NCBI GenBank assembly: GCA_964587045.1
Contig: CAZPJY010000005.1
Location: 183-64,182, forward strand
Length of the DNA stretch: 64,000 nucleotides
Direction: 5' to 3'
From: an uncultured Methanosarcinales archaeon
GTDB taxonomy: Archaea; Nanobdellota; Nanobdellia; Woesearchaeales; CAZPJY01
How positions within the stretch are numbered: the stretch's first letter is position 1; each line of letters starts with the position of its first letter. Made by a program: the position numbers and the translations under genes. Shown one piece after another: positions 18,715-29,600 of the stretch. Under the pieces are notes generated by a model that was not told the DNA's origin, searched no databases, and saw only the letters and a list, made by a program, of their open reading frames with translations.

Positions 18715-19608
18715 ATGCAAAGGAAAGTCATAAAACAGGGCAATGACACACTAACCATCACCCTGCCAAGGAAGTGGACCGGCCAGTACAACATCAAGGC
18801 AGGGGACGATCTGGAAGTCGAGGTCCGTGAAGGATCCCTAGTCCTGTCAACTGAGAAGAGTGCGGCGATGCAGGCTCTCGATATCTCGATAAGTACGCCT
18901 AAAGACTTCCTCAAGAGGTTCATCGATGTACCTTATCGGCACGGATATGATGAGATAAAGGTCTCTTTCGATGATCCTAAGGTTCTCCCACTGGTGCAGG
19001 CAGAGACCGAGAACCTATTGGGATTTGAGGTCGTGGATCAGGGGAAACGCACCTGTGTATTAAAGAATGTCGCACAGGCTATGGAGTCTGAGTTCGACAA
19101 TCTGCTGCGGAGGATATTCCATCTTACAAAGACGACGTGGGAGGAGGCGCTAAGTGCGACCAAGACCGGTTCCTTCGATGAGCTCGAGAACGTAAAGAAC
19201 ATGGAACGCATCAACCACAAGCTGACCAACTTCTGTGAGCGCGTCCTGAACAAGAAAGGCTACACAGAGAGGCACAAGACCACGACTATATTCTACCTGG
19301 TAGCTCAGCTGGAGGTAATCGCTGACGAGCTTCGCGACATATGTGTTACGGTCAGGGATTATAAGCTCAAGATGTCGCCAGAGCTCTACAAGCTGTTCAA
19401 GGAGGTAGGTATCCTGTTTGATGCAATGTACCAGTTGTTCTACAAATTCGACCACAAGAAGGTTGTCGCGATGACTGCAAAGGAAAAGGAGCTGGTGAGG
19501 CAGTGTCTTGACATGATTGTACAGAAGAAGGGTGCAGAGGTGCTCGTACTCCACCATCTGCTTTCTCTGGTGCGTGCAATCCATCATGTGACCGACTTCT
19601 TGTACTGA
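18715..19608 (+). CDS. AbrB/SpoVT-PhoU domain transcriptional regulator (archaeal PhoU-like)
   Basis: N-terminal swapped-hairpin VIKQGNDTLTITLPRKWTGQYNIKAGDDLEV; helical PhoU-like C-terminal region; TATA aatatttttatatgc at -20 to -34. Confidence 0.7.
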   Translation: MQRKVIKQGNDTLTITLPRKWTGQYNIKAGDDLEVEVREGSLVLSTEKSAAMQALDISISTPKDFLKRFIDVPYRHGYDEIKVSFDDPKVLPLVQAETENLLGFEVVDQGKRTCVLKNVAQAMESEFDNLLRRIFHLTKTTWEEALSATKTGSFDELENVKNMERINHKLTNFCERVLNKKGYTERHKTTTIFYLVAQLEVIADELRDICVTVRDYKLKMSPELYKLFKEVGILFDAMYQLFYKFDHKKVVAMTAKEKELVRQCLDMIVQKKGAEVLVLHHLLSLVRAIHHVTDFLY

Positions 19609-19644
19609 GATAGTTTAATATAGGTGCTGGCCCGGTTTCTTCCC

Positions 19645-20070
19645 ATGAGTAGTGGGCAGCTGGCAGGTTATCAAACAGGAGGGAAGAATGATTACACTCG
19701 CCAGCAGATGCAGGAACCTGGAGGGTATGATCAAAAGGATGAAGCGCTCAAGCAAATGGTTAAGAGGAGGAATCCGGTGTGGGTATTTCTGTTTGGGATG
19801 TTCACCTTGGGAATTTACACCTTCATATGGCTAGTCTCAACATCTAAGGAGCTGAGGAATTTTTCGGCGTCTGCACCCAATCCGAACCTGCTCTGGCTCA
19901 TCCTGATCCCATTCGCCAATGCGATAGTTATGATTATCTATTTCTGGGAATACAGCAAGGCCTTGAGCGATGCCACCCACTTCAACTCCGGGACCCTCTT
20001 CTTGCTTTTTGTCCTTTTGACACCGGCTGGCATGCTTGTGGCACAGAAGGAGCTCAACCAGTTGGTTTGA
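19645..20070 (+). CDS. small membrane protein (DUF4234-like GIYxxIW motif)
   Basis: FTLGIYTFIWLVSTSKEL and two further TM segments; start moved to MSSGQ (GTG in track) with TATA agtttaatatagg ~25 nt upstream. Confidence 0.5.
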   Translation: MSSGQLAGYQTGGKNDYTRQQMQEPGGYDQKDEALKQMVKRRNPVWVFLFGMFTLGIYTFIWLVSTSKELRNFSASAPNPNLLWLILIPFANAIVMIIYFWEYSKALSDATHFNSGTLFLLFVLLTPAGMLVAQKELNQLV

Positions 20071-20725
20071 GTGCCTCTTTGACAAACACATTCAATTTGA
20101 TGCTGAATCGTTTCTCAAAAAGATTATCAAAGTTCTGTTTGAGGGGTTTCTTGGCGAATTCTTGAAGGAATCTTAAGATTTTTTTCCAGCCGAACATTTT
20201 ATACATCTCCTTGAATATAAGATAACTGAGAACATAGAACTTGTCTGCGTTAGCATAATACCTTTTTTTGATATATCTGTAGTAGAGATACTTATCAGGG
20301 TTGCTAATCCCTCGGAAATGCTTTTTCCACCCATTTTCATCTACCTTGTAGCTACCCATTAGGTATGTCGCAATACCTTCACTAAGCCAGACGGGATTGT
20401 AATTACCTACAAGAGTCTTGTAGAAGATGTGATTAATCTCGTGGAAGAAGAATGATTCAGTATCATATGCAAGCTTGTGCACCTTTGGCGATATCAGGAT
20501 GATTGTATTGCCTTTGACATATCCATTCCTTATGGTTTTCCTCTCATAGACTCCTGTCGCCTTGTCATATTCAGCATCAGAATAGACCAATTTTATCTTG
20601 TATGGCTTTGGATTGATTCCAAAGAGCTTCTTATTCTTCTTTTCAGCTTTTCTGGCAGCTTTCCCAACAATATTCACAGAGGGATCAGACTTGTCTGAAA
20701 GGATTATAAAACTATCCTTGTCCAT
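20054..20725 (-). CDS. Peptidase_MA_2-like zinc metallopeptidase, AT-rich gene
   Basis: FFHEINHIFY...NPVWLSEGIATYL (HExxH...WLxEGxAxY); markedly lower GC (~38%) than flanks. Confidence 0.55.
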   Translation of the reverse strand: MDKDSFIILSDKSDPSVNIVGKAARKAEKKNKKLFGINPKPYKIKLVYSDAEYDKATGVYERKTIRNGYVKGNTIILISPKVHKLAYDTESFFFHEINHIFYKTLVGNYNPVWLSEGIATYLMGSYKVDENGWKKHFRGISNPDKYLYYRYIKKRYYANADKFYVLSYLIFKEMYKMFGWKKILRFLQEFAKKPLKQNFDNLFEKRFSIKLNVFVKEALKPTG

Positions 20726-21935
20726 CCTTGATCTCCTTCATCAGGATCTCCTGCTCGAAAACCGCCTTGGCGAACTCATCAAGCGAGAATGGGACCCTCC
20801 TCTCATCGCGCTGGGGCGTCTGCACTTTGCGCACTAACCTGTGCTTTGCCAGCAGCTGGAGGTTGCGGGAGATAGCGGGCCGCGATTTGTCCACGACCCG
20901 GCTTATCTCCGTCGCGGTCACCTCATTTCCGCCCAGGTGTATCATCGCTAGGATGATACGTTTAAGCGTGTTCTCTTTCTTCTGCCAAGGTTTGGGCGGC
21001 GGGATGAGCTTGGTTAGGGAGGACACAAGGTCCTGGAACGATGGCGAATGCTGTTTTAGCACAGACTCTGCCCTTGCCTTGCCCATCCTGGAAGAGAGAC
21101 AGTGCTCAAGCAAGACGGCCGAGAACTCCAGAGCGAATCGGGGGAGATTGCCTGCGTAGGACGCGACTGTTCCGAGCACATCATCACTGAGCGGGTGTGC
21201 TGTGGAGCCTTCGAGTCTGTAAAAGGCCATCCTTCTCTTGAGCAACTGAACAATGTCTCTCTGTGACAATGATGGTAACAAAATGATGTGTTCATAAACT
21301 TGGGTGAGGGTAGGTGATTCTGTGGTGAGAAATTGCCAAGCAGACGCCGTCCATGGGGAGATATAGATTACCTTGTCGCTTGACATCGAATCGAACTCGA
21401 GCACTTTCCTGAAGGTCTCGATCGTTGATTCGTTGTAATGATTCTTCGATGATAGCAAAGGCATGTTCCTGTCGCCGAAATTCGAGGTGATGATAGTAAG
21501 CTTTCCGCTTTTGAGGGAGGCCATGATGGATTTCTTGGCCTCGTCGCGAAGCTCTGGTGTGAACGCTTCTATCGGCGTGCCTATCACCGAGGCAATCTTT
21601 TCCCGCAGCATAGCAAGTTCGAGTGATGGATCGTCTTCATCAATTGTGGAAAGGAAATGCCCGAAGAGGTTGGCAACAGACCTTCCCCCGCTGCCTGAAG
21701 GAGCCACTATGGCGACGTCCTGTCCCATTCCGACCAATCCTTCCACGAGGAGGTCTGAGAGGTTCCTGACAAGGTCCTTGCGGCCGTAGAACAAGCTGTC
21801 GAAATTGGCTTTCATCGGATGCTCTGAGCCGAGAAACGGGTTGCTCCAGAATCCAAGCTTGGCGTATTTGCCGCTGAACCGATCACCCCTTTCTTTTATC
21901 CGCGAGGTGATTTCATCCTTGATGAAAGACAGCAT
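20712..21935 (-). CDS. AAA+/archaeal-ATPase-like protein with degenerate P-loop and C-terminal winged-helix DNA-binding domain
   Basis: NPFLGSEHP...FYGRKDLVRNL start typical of Arch_ATPase/AAA_16, VAPSGSGGRS degenerate Walker A, C-terminal ISRNLQLLAKHRLVRKV wHTH. Start moved to MLSFIKDE because aaaatatttaaataag TATA lies inside the track ORF. Confidence 0.5.
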   Translation of the reverse strand: MLSFIKDEITSRIKERGDRFSGKYAKLGFWSNPFLGSEHPMKANFDSLFYGRKDLVRNLSDLLVEGLVGMGQDVAIVAPSGSGGRSVANLFGHFLSTIDEDDPSLELAMLREKIASVIGTPIEAFTPELRDEAKKSIMASLKSGKLTIITSNFGDRNMPLLSSKNHYNESTIETFRKVLEFDSMSSDKVIYISPWTASAWQFLTTESPTLTQVYEHIILLPSLSQRDIVQLLKRRMAFYRLEGSTAHPLSDDVLGTVASYAGNLPRFALEFSAVLLEHCLSSRMGKARAESVLKQHSPSFQDLVSSLTKLIPPPKPWQKKENTLKRIILAMIHLGGNEVTATEISRVVDKSRPAISRNLQLLAKHRLVRKVQTPQRDERRVPFSLDEFAKAVFEQEILMKEIKDGQG

Positions 21936-22133
21936 AACCCATCCCACGCATAACTTATTTAAATATTTTTGCAAAAATGGAAACATTTTCGTAAATATTG
22001 ATTTAATACGATATTATTGATTTTTTACGATTATTATATCTATTTTTCCTAATTAGAGTATCAAAGTTCATTCAATAATATTTATTAAAATTAGGTATTT
22101 GTTATTCCATACTAAATAGAGTGAGGTGGAAAT

Positions 22134-22694
22134 ATGAGAACAAACAAGGGTGCGGTGATTGGCCTTACTGCCATACTGGGAATCACCGGCCTGACATGGA
22201 TGGGTACCATGCGTGGCCCTGCTTACCTGCCACATGGCACCCCAACGCCGATGTTCAGCTACCGCGTCGAGCGGCTGGCTGACCCGCCATCGAGATGGTA
22301 TGGGGAGTTCCACGCTACCCAGGAAGCCCTCGGGCTCACAGGAGTCGTGAAGGATGCCATCGAAGGGGACTATGGGAGGGATGAGCAATTCGACAAAGAG
22401 AGGTTCCACAAGGACCTAAAGGAATCGTTGGAACATCAAGGCAATTACGACGAACGCGTCTACAAAGAGATAGAGCCACTCCTGAACGATGTGGTCAACG
22501 ACGTGCCTACAATCCTGTCAGAGGAGTTCTCCAAGATGCCCAAGAAACAACCAGGAGAGTCCTTCGATGACTGGGGCAAACGGATGGAGGTCTGGGGTAA
22601 CGACCTTGAAAGACGCATGGACACCTGGGGCGCAGAGATGGATAGGAAGGCACAGCAGATAGAGGAAAAAGTTGGAAAGGATTATCAGAGGTGA
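22134..22694 (+). CDS. secreted/anchored hypothetical protein
   Basis: N-terminal AVIGLTAILGITGLTWMG; GAGGTGG SD. Confidence 0.45.
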   Translation: MRTNKGAVIGLTAILGITGLTWMGTMRGPAYLPHGTPTPMFSYRVERLADPPSRWYGEFHATQEALGLTGVVKDAIEGDYGRDEQFDKERFHKDLKESLEHQGNYDERVYKEIEPLLNDVVNDVPTILSEEFSKMPKKQPGESFDDWGKRMEVWGNDLERRMDTWGAEMDRKAQQIEEKVGKDYQR

Positions 22695-22700
22695 TGGTCA

Positions 22701-23372
22701 ATGTCGCTTGACAAACAAATCGAGACTTACAAGCCAACATTCTGGGATGGGATGAAGCTCGGCATAGGATACTTCGTTGATCCGTTAGGCAGAATCATGG
22801 AGAACTGGGAAAACGTCGCGGTAAACGGCCTGCCTCTGAGGGATAACTACTCGCAGACCCTTTTTGAGAGGCTGTCGGAGGACGCGCACAAAGGCAACAG
22901 CTTCGCCAAATACGCCGGTGCGGGCATCGGAATCGTGAGCGGCATCACCACCCTTGCGATCGCGACTGTTCCGTACGGATCAATGGCTGTCGGCACCTTT
23001 GTTTACGACGGCATCAAAACGTTCGGCAAGGGAGAGAAGAAGATTGCGGAACCCGATTACAGCCCGACTTTCTGGGAAGGCCTTAAAGGAGGGTTCGGAA
23101 TAGGGGTCGATCCGGCAGGATTCTTCCTGGAGAACATCGAGAGGAATCTCGTAAACGGTAAGGGTATCGACGAGAACCGTATCAGAAGTGTGACTGAGAG
23201 CCTAACTCGTGACGCGAGGAAGGGCAACAGCTGGAAGAAGTACATCGGAGGAGTCATAGGACTGGGTAGCGGAACGCTCGTCAGCTACCTGACACTGGGT
23301 CTGGTCCCGCTGGGCACTGGCATCTACGACGTGATCGCCTCGGTTCGCAATAAACCCAAAAAGTCCCCTTAG
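22701..23372 (+). CDS. internally duplicated Gly-rich membrane-associated protein (two ~105-aa repeats)
   Basis: KPTFWDGMKLGIGYFVDPLG...KGNSFAKYAGAGIGIVSG vs SPTFWEGLKGGFGIGVDPAG...KGNSWKKYIGGVIGLGSG. Confidence 0.5.
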   Translation: MSLDKQIETYKPTFWDGMKLGIGYFVDPLGRIMENWENVAVNGLPLRDNYSQTLFERLSEDAHKGNSFAKYAGAGIGIVSGITTLAIATVPYGSMAVGTFVYDGIKTFGKGEKKIAEPDYSPTFWEGLKGGFGIGVDPAGFFLENIERNLVNGKGIDENRIRSVTESLTRDARKGNSWKKYIGGVIGLGSGTLVSYLTLGLVPLGTGIYDVIASVRNKPKKSP

Positions 23373-23406
23373 ACTTGGGGCAGCGGTTACATAGGAGGGG
23401 CTGAAG

Positions 23407-23646
23407 ATGGATCTTGAGGACCTTACCTCAGAAACGCTGGACGGGAAGCCGGAAAGGATAGAGTTAGACATGTCAGGCAAGATACTCCTGAGGGCTTTTG
23501 AGATCAGGAGCATAGTAAGTCTGGCAATGAAGGCAAGCGCATATGGCGGCAAGGTTTACCTACTCAATGCTTCAAGGCATCTAAGGCAAGAACTCAGGTA
23601 CTGCGCTGTCGACAGCCTCATCAGTTACCGAGCGTCGCGAGGGTGA
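23407..23646 (+). CDS. STAS-domain-like small protein (anti-sigma-antagonist fold candidate)
   Basis: 79 aa, pattern IELDMSGKILLRAFEIRSIVSLAMKASAYGGKVYLLNAS resembles SpoIIAA/STAS; GGAGGGG SD. Confidence 0.35.
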   Translation: MDLEDLTSETLDGKPERIELDMSGKILLRAFEIRSIVSLAMKASAYGGKVYLLNASRHLRQELRYCAVDSLISYRASRG

Positions 23647-24997
23647 AGAGTTCCTCGAATGGGTCATGGCATTTTTTTATTTTTTCCTTTATTTTCCCGT
23701 ATGCCAGGAGATTGCCGTGGCCGTGGGATATGGTCAAAGCGTTGATTATGGGCGGAACGAAGATGGTTCCGATGCCCATCGACATCAGGTAGAACAGCCA
23801 AGGAGCGCCGAGGAAGGCGAGATGGCTTCCCCAAGTGTGGGTGAGAGCCTCGCGGAACGCGTGGCCGTTGAGGTTCTCTTTTAGGTAGAGCGCGGTTGCG
23901 ATAATGCTCTTTTGGAACGGGTCGGAAAGCGCTTTTCCCCTGATGAGGTCCTGGATGCTCTGATCCCGGAAATATATCTCCGAGATGAAGTTGGGCTTTT
24001 TCTCTTCGTACAGGCGGTCGCTTTTAATGAGGTGCATCATGGTCTCATAGACCTTGTTTGGGTTGTTGCAATAATCATTGTAGATTGGAGACTCAGGAGT
24101 CAGCAGCTCGTAGAAGCATGAATAATAAAGTGCGTGCCTGAGATGGTGGACCTTGACACGGCTTCCGAGTATTGGTGCTGCCGCAACAGACCTCGGCATG
24201 AAGATGGCTATCTCCTCAGGGTTCTCGATGCCTGACTCCTTTGGTCCGTACTGGGTGAGATCTACCAGGAAATCGATTGCCGGCCACAGGATATCACCTA
24301 TATCCAGGAGGGGTATCGGGTTGCGCTTGTACCTCTCACCTATAGTACGCACGGCTCCTGTCTTCAGGTAGCGCGCGAAAAACACTCCCACGAGAGGTTG
24401 TTCCTTGGTCTTGTAGAATTTGAGGTGCTTGCTCACTCTGGCCTCCAGTATTGAGGCGGCCTCAGGGCTCAGCTTGAGCTGCTTGACCCAAGGTCTTACG
24501 GCCTTGGATATGTGCTTGGCCTCGATTTCGGCATTCCTGTACCTCATCATCTCGAAGACGTACCTCGTCATAATTTTGTGCAGCACTTTGGGGTCGAGCT
24601 CTGCTGGCCTTTGGGTCTTTCGCCTGTAGTCGATCTCATCGATCTTGAGGTCGATGGAGTTGCCGATCATATCACCATCCATCCTGTATTCCTTGATGTT
24701 GATCCTGTCGATTCGCTTGGTTACCTTCCTTGGAAGCTTCCTGTAAACCCCTGATATGAGGCTGTTGTATATGGAGGAACTTTCTATGAGCCTCTTATAG
24801 TGCTCGAATGTGTGCATGACAGAATGGTAGACCCTGAAGTAGTCCTGAGCGTAGATGACAAGGAGGTTTACGGCTTTCGGTTCCACCTTGGTCCTCATGA
24901 GAGCTTTTGACTTTATCTGGCTCTTTGAGAACCTTGGGCCAACGCTGTATTCCTTACCCTTGTAAATCAATGATTCGAGAGTGACCCGTTCGTCCAT
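23621..24997 (-). CDS. large hypothetical protein
   Basis: 458-aa ORF, hydrophobic C-terminal segment; no recognised motifs. Confidence 0.5.
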   Translation of the reverse strand: MDERVTLESLIYKGKEYSVGPRFSKSQIKSKALMRTKVEPKAVNLLVIYAQDYFRVYHSVMHTFEHYKRLIESSSIYNSLISGVYRKLPRKVTKRIDRINIKEYRMDGDMIGNSIDLKIDEIDYRRKTQRPAELDPKVLHKIMTRYVFEMMRYRNAEIEAKHISKAVRPWVKQLKLSPEAASILEARVSKHLKFYKTKEQPLVGVFFARYLKTGAVRTIGERYKRNPIPLLDIGDILWPAIDFLVDLTQYGPKESGIENPEEIAIFMPRSVAAAPILGSRVKVHHLRHALYYSCFYELLTPESPIYNDYCNNPNKVYETMMHLIKSDRLYEEKKPNFISEIYFRDQSIQDLIRGKALSDPFQKSIIATALYLKENLNGHAFREALTHTWGSHLAFLGAPWLFYLMSMGIGTIFVPPIINALTISHGHGNLLAYGKIKEKIKKCHDPFEELFTLATLGN

Positions 24998-25064
24998 GAA
25001 GGATAGATTCCGAACAAGAAATATTTAAAGGTTGGTCGCACAACCTTGGGTGGGGATGCAATAG

Positions 25065-26180
<1,116 letters not shown>

Positions 26181-27497
26181 TCACTTCTTTTTCTTCTTCA
26201 CTCTCTTTTTCTTTGAGAGTCTCTTTGCAGCCTTTTTTTGGGGTTTGGCTTCCTCTTCAGAAAATAGGTCCCTGACTGCCGCGAGCAGTCCCCTTCGCTC
26301 ACCAGTGTATTCGGAGAGCCTCTTGTTCTTTGCGTCCTTTTGAGGGGTGCGCTGAATCTCGATGGCTTCCTCCATCTCGTTCAGCCGGCCCTTGAGCATC
26401 TTGATCCTGTAACCAACCAGCCCGATCTGCCTGTTGAGCAGGGCCTTTTCAGCATAGGTGTGTTGTACCCTGGTGATTTTGTTGATCATATCCTCAAAGA
26501 GGTTGTTCACCTCAGCTATCCGGTCATTGATGGCTGCGATGGCTTTCGCGTGCTCATCTACGGCAGAAATCTTCGAATTGATTCTGGGAAGCGGAGTCAT
26601 CCTCTTTTCGATGCGCTTGATGGCTTTCGAGTGTTCCTTTAGACGCTTGTCATGCCCTTTGAGCTTGGGTGTTAGGAAGGCTTCTGTCAGCATGTCATCC
26701 TTTACCTCAGATATCTGGCCGGAGAGCTTCTTGACGGCTTCCGCGTGCTTGCCCTCAAGCTTTGCCTTGACATCCTTGATCTTTGAGTCGACTTCGCCAG
26801 AAGAGATGGTGGCCTTGCTGACCCTCTCAAGCTCGGCTTGTGTTGCTGAAAGATCCTTCAGCAGGTCCGAAATCTTGTCCTCGACCTCCTTGATGCGCTT
26901 CTTGGTTTCAAGGGTGCTCTTTGATAGCTGCTCGATGGATTTCTCCTCAGAGACCGCATCCTTTATCTGGTCGACGCTAAGCGAGGTGCTGGTGACCTCA
27001 TCGATCTCGAGCCTCAGGTTCTTTATGCTGTTCTTTATGCGGGATATCTCCTTGTAATAATCGTTGGGCGGGACGATAGTGTCCTGAAGCTCGTCAATCT
27101 TCTTCTTAAGCTGCTTGACCTGTTTAACCTCGCGCTTCAGACGGTCTTTCTTCTTGAGCTTCTTCTTGATGCGCTCAATCTGCGCTAGCATCCGGGCCCT
27201 GGCCTTGCTTATCTCATCCCTGGTCATGACCTTGGAAGAGAGCTCGAACAGCCCGGTCCTGTTGTCCTGGACGTCCTGGTTGTAGAGGTCGAGCTTGTCC
27301 TTGGTGACGGCCGTGCTTTTCAGGTAGTCGAGCTGGTCTTTGATGTCGCTCTTTACAGCCTCCCTGCCTTTGAGGCTCTGTGTAAGTGCGTTGAATTCCC
27401 TCCACTGCTGGACCTGCATCTGCCTGATGGCTTCGATGTCCTTCCTGATGAGCGCAAATGAAGCTCGCAGGTTTCTCTCAATCTGATTCTGGTCCAA
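26181..27497 (-). CDS. long coiled-coil protein with Lys-rich C-terminal tail
   Basis: 438 aa, heptad K/E-rich, tail KKAAKRLSKKKRVKKKKK. Confidence 0.55.
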   Translation of the reverse strand: MDQNQIERNLRASFALIRKDIEAIRQMQVQQWREFNALTQSLKGREAVKSDIKDQLDYLKSTAVTKDKLDLYNQDVQDNRTGLFELSSKVMTRDEISKARARMLAQIERIKKKLKKKDRLKREVKQVKQLKKKIDELQDTIVPPNDYYKEISRIKNSIKNLRLEIDEVTSTSLSVDQIKDAVSEEKSIEQLSKSTLETKKRIKEVEDKISDLLKDLSATQAELERVSKATISSGEVDSKIKDVKAKLEGKHAEAVKKLSGQISEVKDDMLTEAFLTPKLKGHDKRLKEHSKAIKRIEKRMTPLPRINSKISAVDEHAKAIAAINDRIAEVNNLFEDMINKITRVQHTYAEKALLNRQIGLVGYRIKMLKGRLNEMEEAIEIQRTPQKDAKNKRLSEYTGERRGLLAAVRDLFSEEEAKPQKKAAKRLSKKKRVKKKKK

Positions 27498-27550
27498 TGT
27501 TTACCCCCGATACCACTCGGGAATGGAGAATGGTTATATATAAATGTTTC

Positions 27551-28018
27551 CTAGTCTTGAGAGTCATAATCTACCCCTAAGAAACGCATGTGGGGGAAAC
27601 CTTGCGCCTTGTCATCCCAAACAGAATCCTTGAGGGCCTTTGGGAAAACCGTGACTTCTTTCAGCTCTTCCTTGGATAGAAACCTGACTTCCTTGATCCA
27701 CTTCTGCTCTGCGCCCACTTGGTTTGACGATGAGATGTTACCCTCATAATGCTCGGCCAAGATAAGTATGTCCTGAAGGTTGTGCCCTTCTCTCCGGGTT
27801 ATGTACTGTCTTAGGTATGCGACCTTGCCAGGTTTTATGGTTAGACCCGTTTCCTCCCTGACCTCGCGCACAGCTGCATCAAACAGGGTCTCAGCGCCTT
27901 CGATGCCCCCTCCAGGCGGCACCCAGAACTCAAAGCCTGTCTTAGGGTCCATATGCTTTACCAAAAGAACACTATCACCATTGAACACCAGAGCTCTAAC
28001 GCTGTTCCTGTTCTTCAT
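27551..28018 (-). CDS. Nudix hydrolase
   Basis: GGGIEGAETLFDAAVREVREETGL Nudix box; ATGA overlap with pgk stop. Confidence 0.8.
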   Translation of the reverse strand: MKNRNSVRALVFNGDSVLLVKHMDPKTGFEFWVPPGGGIEGAETLFDAAVREVREETGLTIKPGKVAYLRQYITRREGHNLQDILILAEHYEGNISSSNQVGAEQKWIKEVRFLSKEELKEVTVFPKALKDSVWDDKAQGFPHMRFLGVDYDSQD

Positions 28019-29172
28019 GGCTTACCCTCCTCAAGGGCAGCTAATGCGGGCATCGGCTTGCCTTCAAGGAACTCCATGGACGCGCCGCCGCCGGTCGACA
28101 CATGGTCTATTCCGTCCCGCAGTCCCAGTTTGTTGACAGCCGCAGCAGAATCCCCGCCGCCTACAATGGTGATGCCGTCGATCTCTGCCAGCGCTCGCCC
28201 AATCTCTGCCGTGCCCTTTGCGAAAGCGGGCATCTCGAAGACCCCCATGGGACCGTTCCACACTACAAGCGCCGCACCTTTTAGGATTTCTTTGTAGGCC
28301 GCGATGGTCTGAGGCCCGATGTCAAGCCCGATCCAGTCCGCGGGCATCTTATCTATGGTAACTACCTTGTGTACCGCGTCCTCCTTGAACTCGGACGCCA
28401 CCACGACATCTGTCGGGAGCACCAGCTTGTCTGGGTACTTTCCCAAGAGCTCCCTGGCCTTGCCCATGAACTCGTCCTCGACCAGCGATTTCCCGATCTC
28501 GTGGCCTTGGCTCTTGTAGAAAGTGAAAATCATGGCGCCTCCCAGGAGCAGCTTGTCAGACCTCTTGATGAGGCTCTCTATTATCTCCAGCTTGGTCGAT
28601 ATCTTGCTGCCGCCTAGGATGGTGATGTAGGGGTGCGCCGGGTTGTCTGTGGCCTTGCTCAGGAACTGCACCTCCTTTGCCAGCAAGAATCCTGCAGCGC
28701 TGGGCAGAAACCTGGTGACGGCCTCGACGCTCGCATGCGCCCTGTGAGCGGTGCCGAAGGCGTCGTTTACATAAACGTCGCCGTGGCTTGTCAGCTTCTT
28801 TGCGAAAGCCTCATCGTTTTCCTTCTCCTCCTTGTGGAAACGCAGGTTCTCTAGGAGAACCACCCTCTTTTCGGGAAGCTCGACGTCCACGCAGTCGTCG
28901 ACTTTGGCGACCTCCTCTCCCAGCAGCTCAGACAGCTTCCTCGCGACCCCGTCCATCTTGAGCTTCTGCACCACTTCTCCTTTCGGCCTTCCCAGGTGGC
29001 TCATCAGTACCACCTGCTTTGCCTTATCCAAGGCGTACCTTATGGTCGGCAGGGTCCTCTCGAGCTTCTCTGTGTCGGTGATGTTACCTTCATCGTCGAG
29101 GGGGACGTTGAAGTCGGCCCGGATAAGCACCCTTTTACCTTCAAGATTCAAATCTGTGATTGTCTTCATCAT
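28015..29172 (-). CDS. pgk: phosphoglycerate kinase (bacterial-type)
   Basis: MMKTITDLNLEGKRVLIRADFNVPLD; 385 aa. Confidence 0.9.
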   Translation of the reverse strand: MMKTITDLNLEGKRVLIRADFNVPLDDEGNITDTEKLERTLPTIRYALDKAKQVVLMSHLGRPKGEVVQKLKMDGVARKLSELLGEEVAKVDDCVDVELPEKRVVLLENLRFHKEEKENDEAFAKKLTSHGDVYVNDAFGTAHRAHASVEAVTRFLPSAAGFLLAKEVQFLSKATDNPAHPYITILGGSKISTKLEIIESLIKRSDKLLLGGAMIFTFYKSQGHEIGKSLVEDEFMGKARELLGKYPDKLVLPTDVVVASEFKEDAVHKVVTIDKMPADWIGLDIGPQTIAAYKEILKGAALVVWNGPMGVFEMPAFAKGTAEIGRALAEIDGITIVGGGDSAAAVNKLGLRDGIDHVSTGGGASMEFLEGKPMPALAALEEGKP

Positions 29173-29215
29173 GATACCTCCGCAAGGAGGGTAGAAGCTG
29201 AGGCCTATAAAAAAC

Positions 29216-29554
29216 TTACTCGGACTTCAGTATATCGTCGAGCTTGAGGTCTGAGACCTGGTTCTTGTCGATGTGCACCCGGGTCGCGTCCTGCGGGACG
29301 GTCGTTGCTTGGTACTCAGGCATTCTATTGGGATATGTGGGGAGAAGCTCGTTAGAAGGAGCCCCGGAAAAGTCGTACCTCTGCGCAACTCTTGTCTTAT
29401 CTGGCTCGAAGAACCTCTTTGCCATCTCTGAAGTCTCGATTATGTTGTAAGGTTTCTCCGGCTTGGGCTGAGTGGTTATGTGCGGCGGCGAGACAGTGGT
29501 GACATAGACGAAGACCAGTCCTATTGCGGTCAGGATTTTTCCGAGCGTTTTCAT
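29216..29554 (-). CDS. secreted/anchored hypothetical protein
   Basis: LTAIGLVFVYVTTV N-terminal hydrophobic. Confidence 0.4.
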   Translation of the reverse strand: MKTLGKILTAIGLVFVYVTTVSPPHITTQPKPEKPYNIIETSEMAKRFFEPDKTRVAQRYDFSGAPSNELLPTYPNRMPEYQATTVPQDATRVHIDKNQVSDLKLDDILKSE

Positions 29555-29600
29555 ATCATTCCCCTCCAGTCCATGCTTTTAAGCGACTAATATTTAAGCT

